Shown here: piece by piece, positions 11,519 through 20,567 of the stretch
Layout: the number at the start of each line of letters is the position of its first letter
Position numbering within the stretch: the first letter of the stretch is position 1
From: a virus
Lineage: Duplodnaviria > Caudoviricetes
DNA: 64,000 bases
Virus record (IMG/VR): IMGVR_UViG_3300006139_000004
Span: 69,492 to 133,491 of that record
Reading direction: 5' to 3' (one strand)
Position numbers and translations under genes: made by a program
Notes under the pieces: model-generated
What the model saw: only the letters and a program-made list of their open reading frames with translations
What the model was told of the DNA's origin: nothing
The model's database searches: none

Positions 11519-13783
11519 ATGACTGTAATAAAGCGTGATGGCAGAGAAGTTGAGTTTGACAAAACAAAAATTAGTGATGCAATTTGCAAAGCGATTGTAG
11601 AGGTTGATGGCTCTTTGGCAGATGATACAAAGCAACTTGCATATGATATTGCTGATCGTATTGAGTCAAAAAATAAAGGTATTAATTTGACAGTTGAGCA
11701 GATTCAAGATATGGTTGAAATTCAACTTATGCTTAGTTATCGCAAAGACATTGCAAAGGCATATATCTTGTATCGAAATGAAAGAACTAAAATCCGTGAT
11801 AGGAATAGCAATCTTGTCAAGAAAATCATGGTACGTGCTGATTCCAAAGTCAATTTTCACTCAAATGCGAATGTCGATGAATCCTCATTCTCTGGACGTG
11901 AAAAAGAGGCTTCAGCCGATATTGGCAAAATGATCGCACTGGACTTTGATGGCCTGTCTCAAGATGTTGCCAATGCTCATAAGGAGATGTTGGTATATCA
12001 GCACGATCTTGAAAAGGCAATCTATGGTATTCATAACTGTCTTAATCTGAACTTCCAAGAGATTTTTACCTATGGTTTTAGGACACGCAATGGCGATGTA
12101 AGACCGCCTTCCTCTTTTAGCACAGCTTGTCAGTTGTATGCTGTAGCGTTCCAGTGTCAAAGTCAAGTACAGTTTGGCGGTGTTGGTAGTATTCATACCG
12201 ACCTTGATCTTGCACCATTCGTAAAACTTAGTTTTTATAAACATTTTGCAGATGGCATTGTGTACTTGGATCATTATAGTAGAGAAGATGCAGACTGGAT
12301 TTTAGATCAGTGGAAGAACAGTAAGCGGTCTATTGATGATCCGTATTTTAAGAAGTCGTTTAATGAGACTGTTTATCAGTATGCTATAGATATGTTGGAG
12401 CGTGAGGGTAAACAGGCCGCACAGGGGCTTTACCACAATCTGAATACACTTGAATCCAGACAGGGTTCACAGGTTCCCTTTACAAGTATCAATCTTGGAC
12501 GTGATACCAGTTTTGAGGGACGGTTGGTAACTAAGTGGATCATGGAGGCCAGCATTGACGGCATTGGACAGCATCACCTTACAAGTATCTTCCCCATTAG
12601 CATTTTCCAGTATAAGCAAGGCACTAATGCTAATGTTGGTGATCCAAACTATGATCTCAAGCAGCTTGCTCTTAAATCTATGAGTAAGCGTATTTATCCT
12701 AACTGGTGTAACTGCGACTGGTCACAGGCTCATGAGGATGAGAATAATCCTGATACATACTTTGCTACGATGGGTTGTCGCACATTGATTGGGTATGATC
12801 GGCATGGTCTTGGTTATATTCGTCAAGGACGTGGTAATAACGTTCCTAACACAATTATTCTTCCTAAGTTGGGTATTGAGTTTGGTATTTGTCTTGGCAA
12901 GCGTGATAAGCCTGATTTGGATGGGTTCTGGAAGGCTTTTGAGGAAACCTTAAAGCTGACAGAACGTGGGCTTTTGGAGCGTTTTGAAATCATGATACGG
13001 CAATCTCCTAAGTCTGCGCCATTTATGTATCAGAACAATACAATTCAGGATGCAAGGAATTGTGAAAAGGACGTGTTTAATGCGCTGAAACACAATACAC
13101 TGGCGATTGGATATATTGGTATTGCTGAAATGTGTCAAGCACTTTTTGGTAAGAATCATGTTCATGATGCAGACGTTCATGCTTTTGCCCTGTCTGTTGT
13201 TAAGCGTATTAATGAGTATGCTGCTGAAGCATCAGAGCGCAATAATCTAAACTTCTCTTGCTATGCTACTCCTGCCGAGGGTCTTTGCCGCACAGCATTG
13301 ATGGGACTCCGTGATCAGTATGGCATTATTGAAAATGTCACATCACATGAATACCTGACAAATTCTCATCATGTTCCTGTTTGGGAAAAGGTGTCTATCC
13401 AGCAGAAGTTGGAGTGTGAGGCTCCGTTCTGTAAGTATCCTACTGGCGGCTGTATTACTTATGTTGAATTGGATAGTACATTTGTAAAGAATACAAAAGC
13501 TGTTGAGGATATTATTGATTATGCGTTTAAGGTTCTTGATATTCCGTATCTGGCCTTTAACTTTCCTATTGATAGTTGTTTGAATTGTGGCTATCAGGGC
13601 GAGTTCAATGATAGGTGTCCTCAGTGTGGCAGCGAAAACATTCAGCAGCTTCGCCGTGTGACAGGGTATCTTACGACAGACTATCGTAATTTCAATGATG
13701 GCAAACAACGTGAAGTGCTTGAACGTGAGCAGCACAGCAAATATACTCCACAAATTAATCATGACGGATCAGATGAATCTTAA
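11519..13783 (+). CDS. nrdD: Anaerobic ribonucleoside-triphosphate reductase
   Basis: ATP cone (VIKRDG), MGCR, TPAEGL, CxxC..CPxC, RRVTGYL glycyl radical. Confidence 0.97.
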   Translation: MTVIKRDGREVEFDKTKISDAICKAIVEVDGSLADDTKQLAYDIADRIESKNKGINLTVEQIQDMVEIQLMLSYRKDIAKAYILYRNERTKIRDRNSNLVKKIMVRADSKVNFHSNANVDESSFSGREKEASADIGKMIALDFDGLSQDVANAHKEMLVYQHDLEKAIYGIHNCLNLNFQEIFTYGFRTRNGDVRPPSSFSTACQLYAVAFQCQSQVQFGGVGSIHTDLDLAPFVKLSFYKHFADGIVYLDHYSREDADWILDQWKNSKRSIDDPYFKKSFNETVYQYAIDMLEREGKQAAQGLYHNLNTLESRQGSQVPFTSINLGRDTSFEGRLVTKWIMEASIDGIGQHHLTSIFPISIFQYKQGTNANVGDPNYDLKQLALKSMSKRIYPNWCNCDWSQAHEDENNPDTYFATMGCRTLIGYDRHGLGYIRQGRGNNVPNTIILPKLGIEFGICLGKRDKPDLDGFWKAFEETLKLTERGLLERFEIMIRQSPKSAPFMYQNNTIQDARNCEKDVFNALKHNTLAIGYIGIAEMCQALFGKNHVHDADVHAFALSVVKRINEYAAEASERNNLNFSCYATPAEGLCRTALMGLRDQYGIIENVTSHEYLTNSHHVPVWEKVSIQQKLECEAPFCKYPTGGCITYVELDSTFVKNTKAVEDIIDYAFKVLDIPYLAFNFPIDSCLNCGYQGEFNDRCPQCGSENIQQLRRVTGYLTTDYRNFNDGKQREVLEREQHSKYTPQINHDGSDES

Positions 13784-14324
13784 TTTAAGATACGCTGGTA
13801 TTGAATATGACGATGTAGCAAATGGTATTGGCTTGGGGGCAGTATTTTTTACTCAAGGCTGTCCCCACCAATGTCCAGAGTGCCAAAATCCCCAAACGTG
13901 GAGTAAGGATGGTGGCATGAAATTCACTGATTCAGTATTAGATCAACTAATTCAATACTACTATGATGTTCCATATGCCAGCAGATTAACACTTTCAGGT
14001 GGTGATCCATTAGCAAATCCTGAATTAACTTTTAATGTAATTCTCAAATTCAAATCTGTTTTTCCATATAAAAAGATTTGGTTATATACGGGTTACAATT
14101 TTGAAGATTTTGCTTTTAATGTTCCTACAACGGACAACGAACGTTTAATTCAAAAAATTGTTCGGCTATGCAATGTAATTGTCGATGGCGAATTTAAAAT
14201 TGACAAAAGAGATATTACATTGCAATTTATAGGTTCAAGCAATCAAAGAATTATTGATGTGCAAAAATCTTTAAAAGCCAATCAAACAGTTTTATGGAAT
14301 GACATGAATGGAGGCAATACTTGA
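13773..14324 (+). CDS. nrdG: NrdD activating radical-SAM enzyme
   Basis: GCPHQCPECQN, LSGGDP, GSSNQR. Confidence 0.93.
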   Translation: MNLNLRYAGIEYDDVANGIGLGAVFFTQGCPHQCPECQNPQTWSKDGGMKFTDSVLDQLIQYYYDVPYASRLTLSGGDPLANPELTFNVILKFKSVFPYKKIWLYTGYNFEDFAFNVPTTDNERLIQKIVRLCNVIVDGEFKIDKRDITLQFIGSSNQRIIDVQKSLKANQTVLWNDMNGGNT

Positions 14325-14473
14325 AATATATTCTTGAAGTCCAATTTGAAACAGATGACCTTGATCCAGAAGAAAGTGAACTGGTTGAGGATATTCGTCA
14401 TGATGTAGAAGATGTAATTGCAAATTATTCTATAACAGACAATCCAAAAGTAAAAATTAGGGAGGGTAACTAA
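14321..14473 (+). CDS. Small acidic protein (50 aa), not in ORF track
   Basis: GGAGG + TTG; overlaps both neighbours. Confidence 0.55.
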   Translation: MKYILEVQFETDDLDPEESELVEDIRHDVEDVIANYSITDNPKVKIREGN

Positions 14474-15018
14474 TGCTTGTTGTAAATCTTTTTGGTGCGC
14501 CCGGAGCAGGAAAGTCTACTGGTGCAGCGTATATCTTCTCGCAACTCAAGATGGCTGGTATTAATGCAGAACTGGTTACGGAATTTGCCAAGGATAAAGT
14601 TTGGGAAGAGAGCAAGGCCGTGTTCCAGAATCAAGCCTATATCTTTGGTAAACAGTATTTCCGTATCAGTCGCCTTCAGGATAAGGTTGATGTTGTAGTG
14701 ACTGACTCCCCCATCATTCTGTCACCTTTCTATGCTAACGATCCTGTGCTTGGTGATGAGTTTGATACCCTTTGTACTAAGGTGTTTAACTCTTATGACT
14801 CAATGAATGTGTTTGTCAACCGTGTTAAACCTTACAATCCCGTTGGACGCTTCCAGACAGAAAGCGAGAGCGACCAGTTGGCGGCTGATCTGTTTGCGTT
14901 CCTGAATAAGCATGGTATCGTTTGCCGTCACTATGATGGTAGTCTTGATGGGTATAAAGTTCTCATTGCAGATATTATGGAGAGGCTTAAATGTCCCGGT
15001 AGAAGCTATGGCATATAA
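14473..15018 (+). CDS. NadR/AAA_28-like P-loop kinase
   Basis: GAPGAGKST, EFAKD, VVTDSP, GRFQ. Confidence 0.7.
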   Translation: MLVVNLFGAPGAGKSTGAAYIFSQLKMAGINAELVTEFAKDKVWEESKAVFQNQAYIFGKQYFRISRLQDKVDVVVTDSPIILSPFYANDPVLGDEFDTLCTKVFNSYDSMNVFVNRVKPYNPVGRFQTESESDQLAADLFAFLNKHGIVCRHYDGSLDGYKVLIADIMERLKCPGRSYGI

Positions 15019-15031
15019 CAATAAATACAAC
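15015..15031 (+). repeat. Leader motif copy 3 (before folD RBS)
   Basis: ATAACAATAAATACAAC. Confidence 0.7.
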
Positions 15032-15044
15032 TGCGGAGGATTGA

Positions 15045-15763
15045 ATGGAGTATATTGATTGCAAGTCTATTGCTCAGAAATGGAAAGATGAAATTAAAGC
15101 ACATGGTATAAAAGCTAAATTTTATGTACTTCAAGTTGGTGATAATCCTGCATCAACCGCCTATATAAAAGGCAAGATTAAGGATGCTCAAGAGGTTGGG
15201 TTTGAATGTGTACATGTTCATATTCCAGCTACAACACGTGAACAGGTCTATCATGAAGTCAGTATGAAACTTGAAGAACTGAAATACAGCATGGAAGCAG
15301 ACGGTGTTATTCTCCAGTTGCCTTTACCCTTTAGCCTGACGATGGATGATTTTAAAGATCATATGAATCCTGATAAAGATGTAGACGGGTTCTTAACTGA
15401 TTCTCCTTTCGCCCCTTGTACACCTGACGGTATCATGCAAATGCTACAGTATGTTTATGCCACTCCTTTACGGATCGCAAGCAACTTGAGGAACTTGCTA
15501 AGAAAGCAGACATTTTTGTAAGCGCAGTTGGTAAACCAGATTTTATAAGCAGCAGTCTTTTCAAAGAAGGAGCAGTAGTTATTGATGTAGGCATTAACCG
15601 TACTGAAGATAAATTGTGCGGAGATATATCTATTGACAAAACCAACACAAAAAATATCTTGATAACTCCTGTTCCGGGCGGTGTTGGCCTTTTAACAAGA
15701 GCAATGCTCATGCAGCACATTCTTAGAGCATATGAAAAATATCACATTTGGAGGGCTATATGA
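15045..15763 (+). pseudogene. folD: Methylene-THF dehydrogenase/cyclohydrolase with internal deletion and frameshift
   Basis: First frame: QLPLP, KDVDG, PCTP. Second frame from ~15437: ANATVCLCHS, SAVGKP, IDVGINR, TPVPGGVG, stop 15763. GRS segment absent. Confidence 0.88.
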
Positions 15764-16266
15764 ATAAGTTTGAACGTGTATCTGAAACAGAATATAACAA
15801 GGTATTAACAAGTGATTGTACTGCCAAAAACGGTGTAATTTGTGTTGCACCTTATGAGAATATTAAACTTCCACATAGAGCCACAGTGCGGAGTGCTGGG
15901 TATGATTTCTTTTCTCCTATCTCTTTTAAATTAAAGCCGGGACAGACTATTAAGGTTCCTACATTTGTCAAGGCTCAATTAAGCCACGGCAGAGTTCTCA
16001 TGCTTTATCCCCGTAGCAGCTATGGGTTTAAATATCGGATGCAACTTGACAATACTGTTGGTGTCGTTGACGGTGACTATTATAACAATGAAAGTAATGA
16101 GGGGCATATTTTCATTAAGATCACAAATGATAGCAAGACAGGCAAGACACTTGAGGTTAATGTTGGAGATGCTTTTGCACAAGGCATTATCATGGGATAT
16201 GATGTTACAGACAACGATGACGCTACCGCTATCCGAACTGGTGGAATAGGTTCAACATCGGTATGA
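15760..16266 (+). CDS. dut: Trimeric dUTPase
   Basis: SAGYD, PRSS, GVVDGDYY, AQG, RTGGIGST. Confidence 0.93.
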   Translation: MNKFERVSETEYNKVLTSDCTAKNGVICVAPYENIKLPHRATVRSAGYDFFSPISFKLKPGQTIKVPTFVKAQLSHGRVLMLYPRSSYGFKYRMQLDNTVGVVDGDYYNNESNEGHIFIKITNDSKTGKTLEVNVGDAFAQGIIMGYDVTDNDDATAIRTGGIGSTSV

Positions 16267-16577
16267 ATAATTTTCAATACATAACAGAAACCTATAAATC
16301 AAACTGTTTCATTGAGGCCGCTAAAGCAAAACTCTTTGGCGGCTCCAATGTAAAAATATATTTCTGCAAGCCAAGATTTCATAATGGCAAATTTCAAATG
16401 TGTCATTTTATGTGGACTGATGGAGTGCATGATTATGATTTTTCGGATCACGAAGAAGATGAATTGCCGTGGTATAGGTGTTTTCTATTCGATGGTCAGA
16501 TTAGACAGTTTGAGAAAGGTTTTGCTGAACGATATACAAAATATAGGAACAGAAAGAAGGTAAGACATGACGCTTGA
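16263..16577 (+). CDS. Hypothetical protein
   Basis: Overlapping operon ORF. Confidence 0.55.
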   Translation: MNNFQYITETYKSNCFIEAAKAKLFGGSNVKIYFCKPRFHNGKFQMCHFMWTDGVHDYDFSDHEEDELPWYRCFLFDGQIRQFEKGFAERYTKYRNRKKVRHDA

Positions 16578-16986
16578 AGATGCAATCCAGCATTGCTATG
16601 AATCCATTGATCGCATGAAAGGTGATGGAACTTGCTTAGAGTGTATTGCTGAACATGAACAACTTGTTAAATGGCTCGAAGAATTAAATGAGCATCATAT
16701 GATTCAAGTTGGCAAAGAAATATGTTGTCTGAGAAAGACCAACGATAGCTTTGAATTAGTGACAGCAGCCATTACCTCTGTACGTATTGGAAAGAATGGT
16801 ATAACGGCGACTACAAATAAGTTTAAAGGTACACTGGACGTAAATGAAATTATTTCAAATACAAAAATCTTATATAAAACTCCACGTATGATCCTTGTTC
16901 AAGAATTTTTCTTTGATGCTTATGGTCTGAAGGAAAAAGCACAGAGATGGATTGAAAATCGTGGTTGGGAATATCAGGAGGCATAA
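16567..16986 (+). CDS. Hypothetical protein
   Basis: MTLEDAIQHC...EHEQLVKWLEEL, an N-terminus I recognise from phage proteins. Confidence 0.6.
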   Translation: MTLEDAIQHCYESIDRMKGDGTCLECIAEHEQLVKWLEELNEHHMIQVGKEICCLRKTNDSFELVTAAITSVRIGKNGITATTNKFKGTLDVNEIISNTKILYKTPRMILVQEFFFDAYGLKEKAQRWIENRGWEYQEA

Positions 16987-17330
16987 TGAAAACAAATCAT
17001 AAATTTTGTATATGGCTCATTAGTATTGTCGTTGCTATAAGCATTTGCTGGCAATTACTTGAAGTGTTAATTTATGGTGAAATTCAACCAAGAATTGTTG
17101 ATGATATTATTGGCTTACTTTGGATTGGTGCAATATGTTTTGCTTATAAATTCAAAGAAATTGAATTGAAACGAATGTGGAAGAAATGTAAAGAAGTCCA
17201 TATAAATAATCCTTGGTGGTTAAGAAAACCTGTTCCTCCTGAAACTTATACTGAAGGATATATAAGTGATCGTATTTGGTTGCAATCTGAACGTGAACTT
17301 GGGAATAAAGGTGGATTTACCAAAACGTGA
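16986..17330 (+). CDS. Small two-TM membrane protein
   Basis: Two hydrophobic segments; GGAGG RBS. Confidence 0.55.
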   Translation: MKTNHKFCIWLISIVVAISICWQLLEVLIYGEIQPRIVDDIIGLLWIGAICFAYKFKEIELKRMWKKCKEVHINNPWWLRKPVPPETYTEGYISDRIWLQSERELGNKGGFTKT

Positions 17331-17368
17331 TTGATGATAGGAATAAATTGTAAAGAGGTGATTGATTT

Positions 17369-17587
17369 ATAGATGAAGCAGTAGCATTATCACGTCAAAT
17401 CCCATTTTGGGAGAAATACACTTTGTCGATTGATGAAGCAGCAGCTTATTTCAGAATTGGCAGAGACAAATTATACAAAATCGTTTCTGAAAATAAAGAC
17501 GCAGATTTCATTTTGTGGAATGGAACGAGAGCGCAAATTAAACGTAAGAAATTTGAAAACTACATTGATAAGTTAAATATCTTGTAA
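17369..17587 (+). CDS. xis: Tn916-type excisionase, no ATG/GTG/TTG at the expected start; not in ORF track
   Basis: IPFWEKYTLSIDEAAAYFRIGRDKL...WNGTRAQIKRKKFE; GAGGTG 8 nt before ATA. Confidence 0.85.
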   Translation: MDEAVALSRQIPFWEKYTLSIDEAAAYFRIGRDKLYKIVSENKDADFILWNGTRAQIKRKKFENYIDKLNIL

Positions 17588-17593
17588 TTTGCC

Positions 17594-17622
17594 TTGAATC
17601 AAGACTCTCGATGTGGTATAAT
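17594..17622 (+). promoter_or_regulatory. Integrase promoter overlapped by an inverted repeat (17601-17645)
   Basis: TTGAAT-17 nt-TATAAT with TG; AAGAC..GATGTGGT / ACCACATC..GTCTT. Confidence 0.7.
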
Positions 17623-17670
17623 TGAAGTAACCACATCAGGGTCTTTTTTCGGATAAGAAAGGAGTGTACA

Positions 17671-18957
17671 ATGTCCGAAAAAAGAACTGAAACAAAACGG
17701 CGTGATTCAAAAGGCAGAGTTTTAAGGAACGGTGAAACTCAACGATCTGATGGAATGTATATGTATCGCTTTAACGATGCAGGAGGTGTTAGACGTACAA
17801 TTTATAGTTGGCGGCTTGTAGAAACTGATAAATTACCGCCACACAAACGGGCTTGTGAACCCTTGCGAGAGATTGAAAAACAACTTACACGTGATACGGA
17901 TGATGGGATTCAAAGTTTTGTAGCAAACAAGAAAACGCTTAATGACTTCTATGAAAAGTACATGAGCATGAAGAAAGAATTGAAACCCTCTACACGATTT
18001 ACCTATGCAAACACTTATGACAACTGGATCAGAGATGAACTTGGTTTTCGTCCAATCGGTTCAATCAAGTACAGTGATATTAAGCAATTCTATCTTTCTT
18101 TGTATTTTGATAAGGAAATGAAACCTAACACGATCCATGCTGTCAATACCATTTTACACCCTATTTTTACTCTGGCAGTACGTGATGGGTATATCAGGTC
18201 TAATCCAGCTTATCAAGTTTATGCGGAACTCAAAAAGCAGAATGGATGGGGACAGGATAAACGCCACGCATTGACAGAACAGCAGCAAGAAGTATTTGTC
18301 GATTTCCTTCGTAATTCATCCGTGTATCACAAATGGCTTGGGCTGATCACATTTTTACTTGGAACTGGTTGTCGTATAGGTGAGGCTATTGGCTTACGGT
18401 GGGAGGACTGTGACTTTCAAGAGAACATCATTTCTATTAATCACAGTGTTTCTTATACTGAAGTCGAAAAAGGTAAAGGACGCAGGTTCTATATATCTAC
18501 TCCAAAAACCGATGCTGGCACAAGAGACATTCCTATGTTCAAGGAAGTGAAACGTGCCTTGCTGAATGAACGTCTTAGACAAATGCAGACAGGATTCAGT
18601 CAGCAGGAAATTGACGGTTACTCTGGCTTTGTTTTTGTCGGCAACAGGGGAACTATCCATCATCCTACCAGTATCAATCAAACTCTCAAGCGGATTATCA
18701 ATGCCTATAACACTATGGAAGTTGACCGGGCGAAAAAAGAAAGGCGAGAGCCTATTTTGCTCCCGCACTTTTCAGTCCACAATTTACGTCATACATTCTG
18801 CACACGCATTTGCGAAAACGAAACTAACCTGAAGATCATTCAAGAAATCATGGGTCATGCCAATATTTCTACTACGATGGATGTATACAACGAAGCCACT
18901 ATGGAGCAGAAGAAAAAGTGTTTTGCCAACCTTGAAGGCAAGATTAAGATTGGTTGA
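17671..18957 (+). CDS. int: Tyrosine integrase, Tn916-Int-like
   Basis: RRDSKGRVL arm-binding domain, TGCRIGE, TPKT, HNLRHTF, MGH, TMDVY. Confidence 0.95.
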   Translation: MSEKRTETKRRDSKGRVLRNGETQRSDGMYMYRFNDAGGVRRTIYSWRLVETDKLPPHKRACEPLREIEKQLTRDTDDGIQSFVANKKTLNDFYEKYMSMKKELKPSTRFTYANTYDNWIRDELGFRPIGSIKYSDIKQFYLSLYFDKEMKPNTIHAVNTILHPIFTLAVRDGYIRSNPAYQVYAELKKQNGWGQDKRHALTEQQQEVFVDFLRNSSVYHKWLGLITFLLGTGCRIGEAIGLRWEDCDFQENIISINHSVSYTEVEKGKGRRFYISTPKTDAGTRDIPMFKEVKRALLNERLRQMQTGFSQQEIDGYSGFVFVGNRGTIHHPTSINQTLKRIINAYNTMEVDRAKKERREPILLPHFSVHNLRHTFCTRICENETNLKIIQEIMGHANISTTMDVYNEATMEQKKKCFANLEGKIKIG

Positions 18958-19290
18958 ATTTACACCAAAACCTACACCATTTCAACCTAATTTCTCAGGA
19001 CGATGTAGGACATGGTAGGAGAATAAAATGTTTCTTCAACCAAAATCACAAAAATGCCTACAAAATAGGGCTGTTTAGAAACTTATCGGCAGTTATAGAA
19101 CGGCAAAGAATATCTTCTTAAATCTGGAAGATATGCAAACGATTTTCCAAAACGGGCTTGAAGTATTACAATAATCGTAGAAAACAGCACAAAACAAGGC
19201 AATTTAGGACAATGACAGTTCAAATGCCAGATATGACATTTTGAATCTTACACCAGTTTTACACCAAATGAAAAAAGACTCGATGTGGTT
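18954..19290. other. Predicted attP: paired TACACCA arm-type repeats flanking a palindromic core 19110-19134
   Basis: TACACCA at 18961, 18973, 19249, 19260; ATATCTTC-9 nt-GAAGATAT in the middle; phage genes on both sides. Confidence 0.65.
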
Positions 19291-19318
19291 TTCAAATTTC
19301 TTACTATCCGTAAAAAAA

Positions 19319-19349
19319 TAGGGGTACAGGCTATAAACCTGTACCCCTA
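19319..19349. terminator. Terminator ending the late operon (possibly bidirectional)
   Basis: TAGGGGTACAGG / CCTGTACCCCTA stem with A/T-rich flanks. Confidence 0.85.
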
Positions 19350-19356
19350 AATTTAT

Positions 19357-19836
19357 TTAAATCAAGAAATCTTCGTCTTTTTCATGTTGCTCATAAACAC
19401 GCTTAATATTTGCGATTGCCATTACTGCCCGGTTATTTTTATAACCCGGATGACTTTCACAAAAATCTTCATATTCATCAATATCATGTAACACATCTAC
19501 AAAATATTCATGTGTATAACAATCGTCACCTTTCATAAGATCAGCATTAAAACGCAAAATACGCTGCCTATGTAAATTTGCATCACGCTCATCGTCTACA
19601 CGGATATGCTCATCCAACCGTTTACGTGTCTCATGTTGCCCTTTTTCTAAAGTATCCAACTTCTTTAAAACATCCCCATTAAAGATACGTCCGATCCAAC
19701 GACCAAAAGCAGACCACGGATTTACCTTAATTGGTGTTACCTCAATCAACGTCATAGCAATAGCCACAATAGCAAGAAGTGTGCCAGTATTTTCAGACAA
19801 CAACTCCTTGATTTCCATAAGGCTCATTCTACACAC
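19357..19836 (-). CDS. Lysis-region membrane-anchored protein
   Basis: N-terminal TM, IKVNPWS, coiled coil. Confidence 0.65.
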   Translation of the reverse strand: MCRMSLMEIKELLSENTGTLLAIVAIAMTLIEVTPIKVNPWSAFGRWIGRIFNGDVLKKLDTLEKGQHETRKRLDEHIRVDDERDANLHRQRILRFNADLMKGDDCYTHEYFVDVLHDIDEYEDFCESHPGYKNNRAVMAIANIKRVYEQHEKDEDFLI

Positions 19837-19863
19837 CTCCTGTCATTATGTTTGTATCCATTG

Positions 19864-20196
19864 TTATTTCACTTTAGTTTCAGAAACTTTTGGAGTATTA
19901 ATTACCTTGCTCATATCGCAAAGACTATCAATCAAGGCTCCAACTTCATCCATGTTTACATCATAATTGATTGTATCAGCAGAAGATTTGACCATTGCCA
20001 AAACCCATTCCTTTTTGTCTGCACCTTTTTCAAGTTTGGATTCTGCCGTCTGCATCAAGTCAATTACCATAGCCACTAACTTATTCCAATTCTTTTCCTT
20101 TGTGGCCTTTTGAACATATTCAATCAACTTAATAACCAGAGGAATGACCGCTGCAAGACCAGCCAAAATCGAAACAATGTATTGCATATATTCCAT
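19864..20196 (-). CDS. Putative holin
   Basis: N-terminal TM, AES..GADKKEWV; lysis context. Confidence 0.6.
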   Translation of the reverse strand: MEYMQYIVSILAGLAAVIPLVIKLIEYVQKATKEKNWNKLVAMVIDLMQTAESKLEKGADKKEWVLAMVKSSADTINYDVNMDEVGALIDSLCDMSKVINTPKVSETKVK

Positions 20197-20207
20197 ACGT
20201 TACCTCC

Positions 20208-20552
20208 TTAAATTCCCGGACTATCATCCGATCCAGTTTGAATAAATCCATTCGCTTTTGCTGCGGCATATTTAATTCCTTCACCATCTGCGCTTGAATT
20301 TTCAATCGTACTTTTCCGTACAATTTGACTCAATACAATACTGGCGGCTGTGCCAATAGGAGTAAATACAATAGTCCAACAAGCCAGTGCGCCAGCATAA
20401 TTATATTGAATACTTTTTAAAGCAAGATAAAAGCCGCCAGCCAAGCCAGCAGCAAGAAAAATCATAATGTAAAGAGCAAGACGATTAGTAAACCCAAGAT
20501 GTATGAGATGGTAAAAAAGACCTTTTCGCCTTTTCAAATGCTTTCCACCCAT
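20208..20552 (-). CDS. Two-TM membrane protein, holin-like
   Basis: Two hydrophobic helices next to the endolysin. Confidence 0.55.
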   Translation of the reverse strand: MGGKHLKRRKGLFYHLIHLGFTNRLALYIMIFLAAGLAGGFYLALKSIQYNYAGALACWTIVFTPIGTAASIVLSQIVRKSTIENSSADGEGIKYAAAKANGFIQTGSDDSPGI

Positions 20553-20567
20553 ACAATCACCTCATTT

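Noticed and set aside
11519-13783. Intein or intron in nrdD (also checked ligA and terL)
   Set aside because: Normal lengths, continuous motifs, no intein termini seen
14473-15018. NAD-reconstitution pathway feeding the PARP
   Set aside because: Only a generic NadR-like kinase fold; no NMNAT, NAMPT or PRPP-synthetase gene in the window
19098-19160. NGKEYLLK... as a host gene 3' end duplicated in attP
   Set aside because: Match is too short to support without a search
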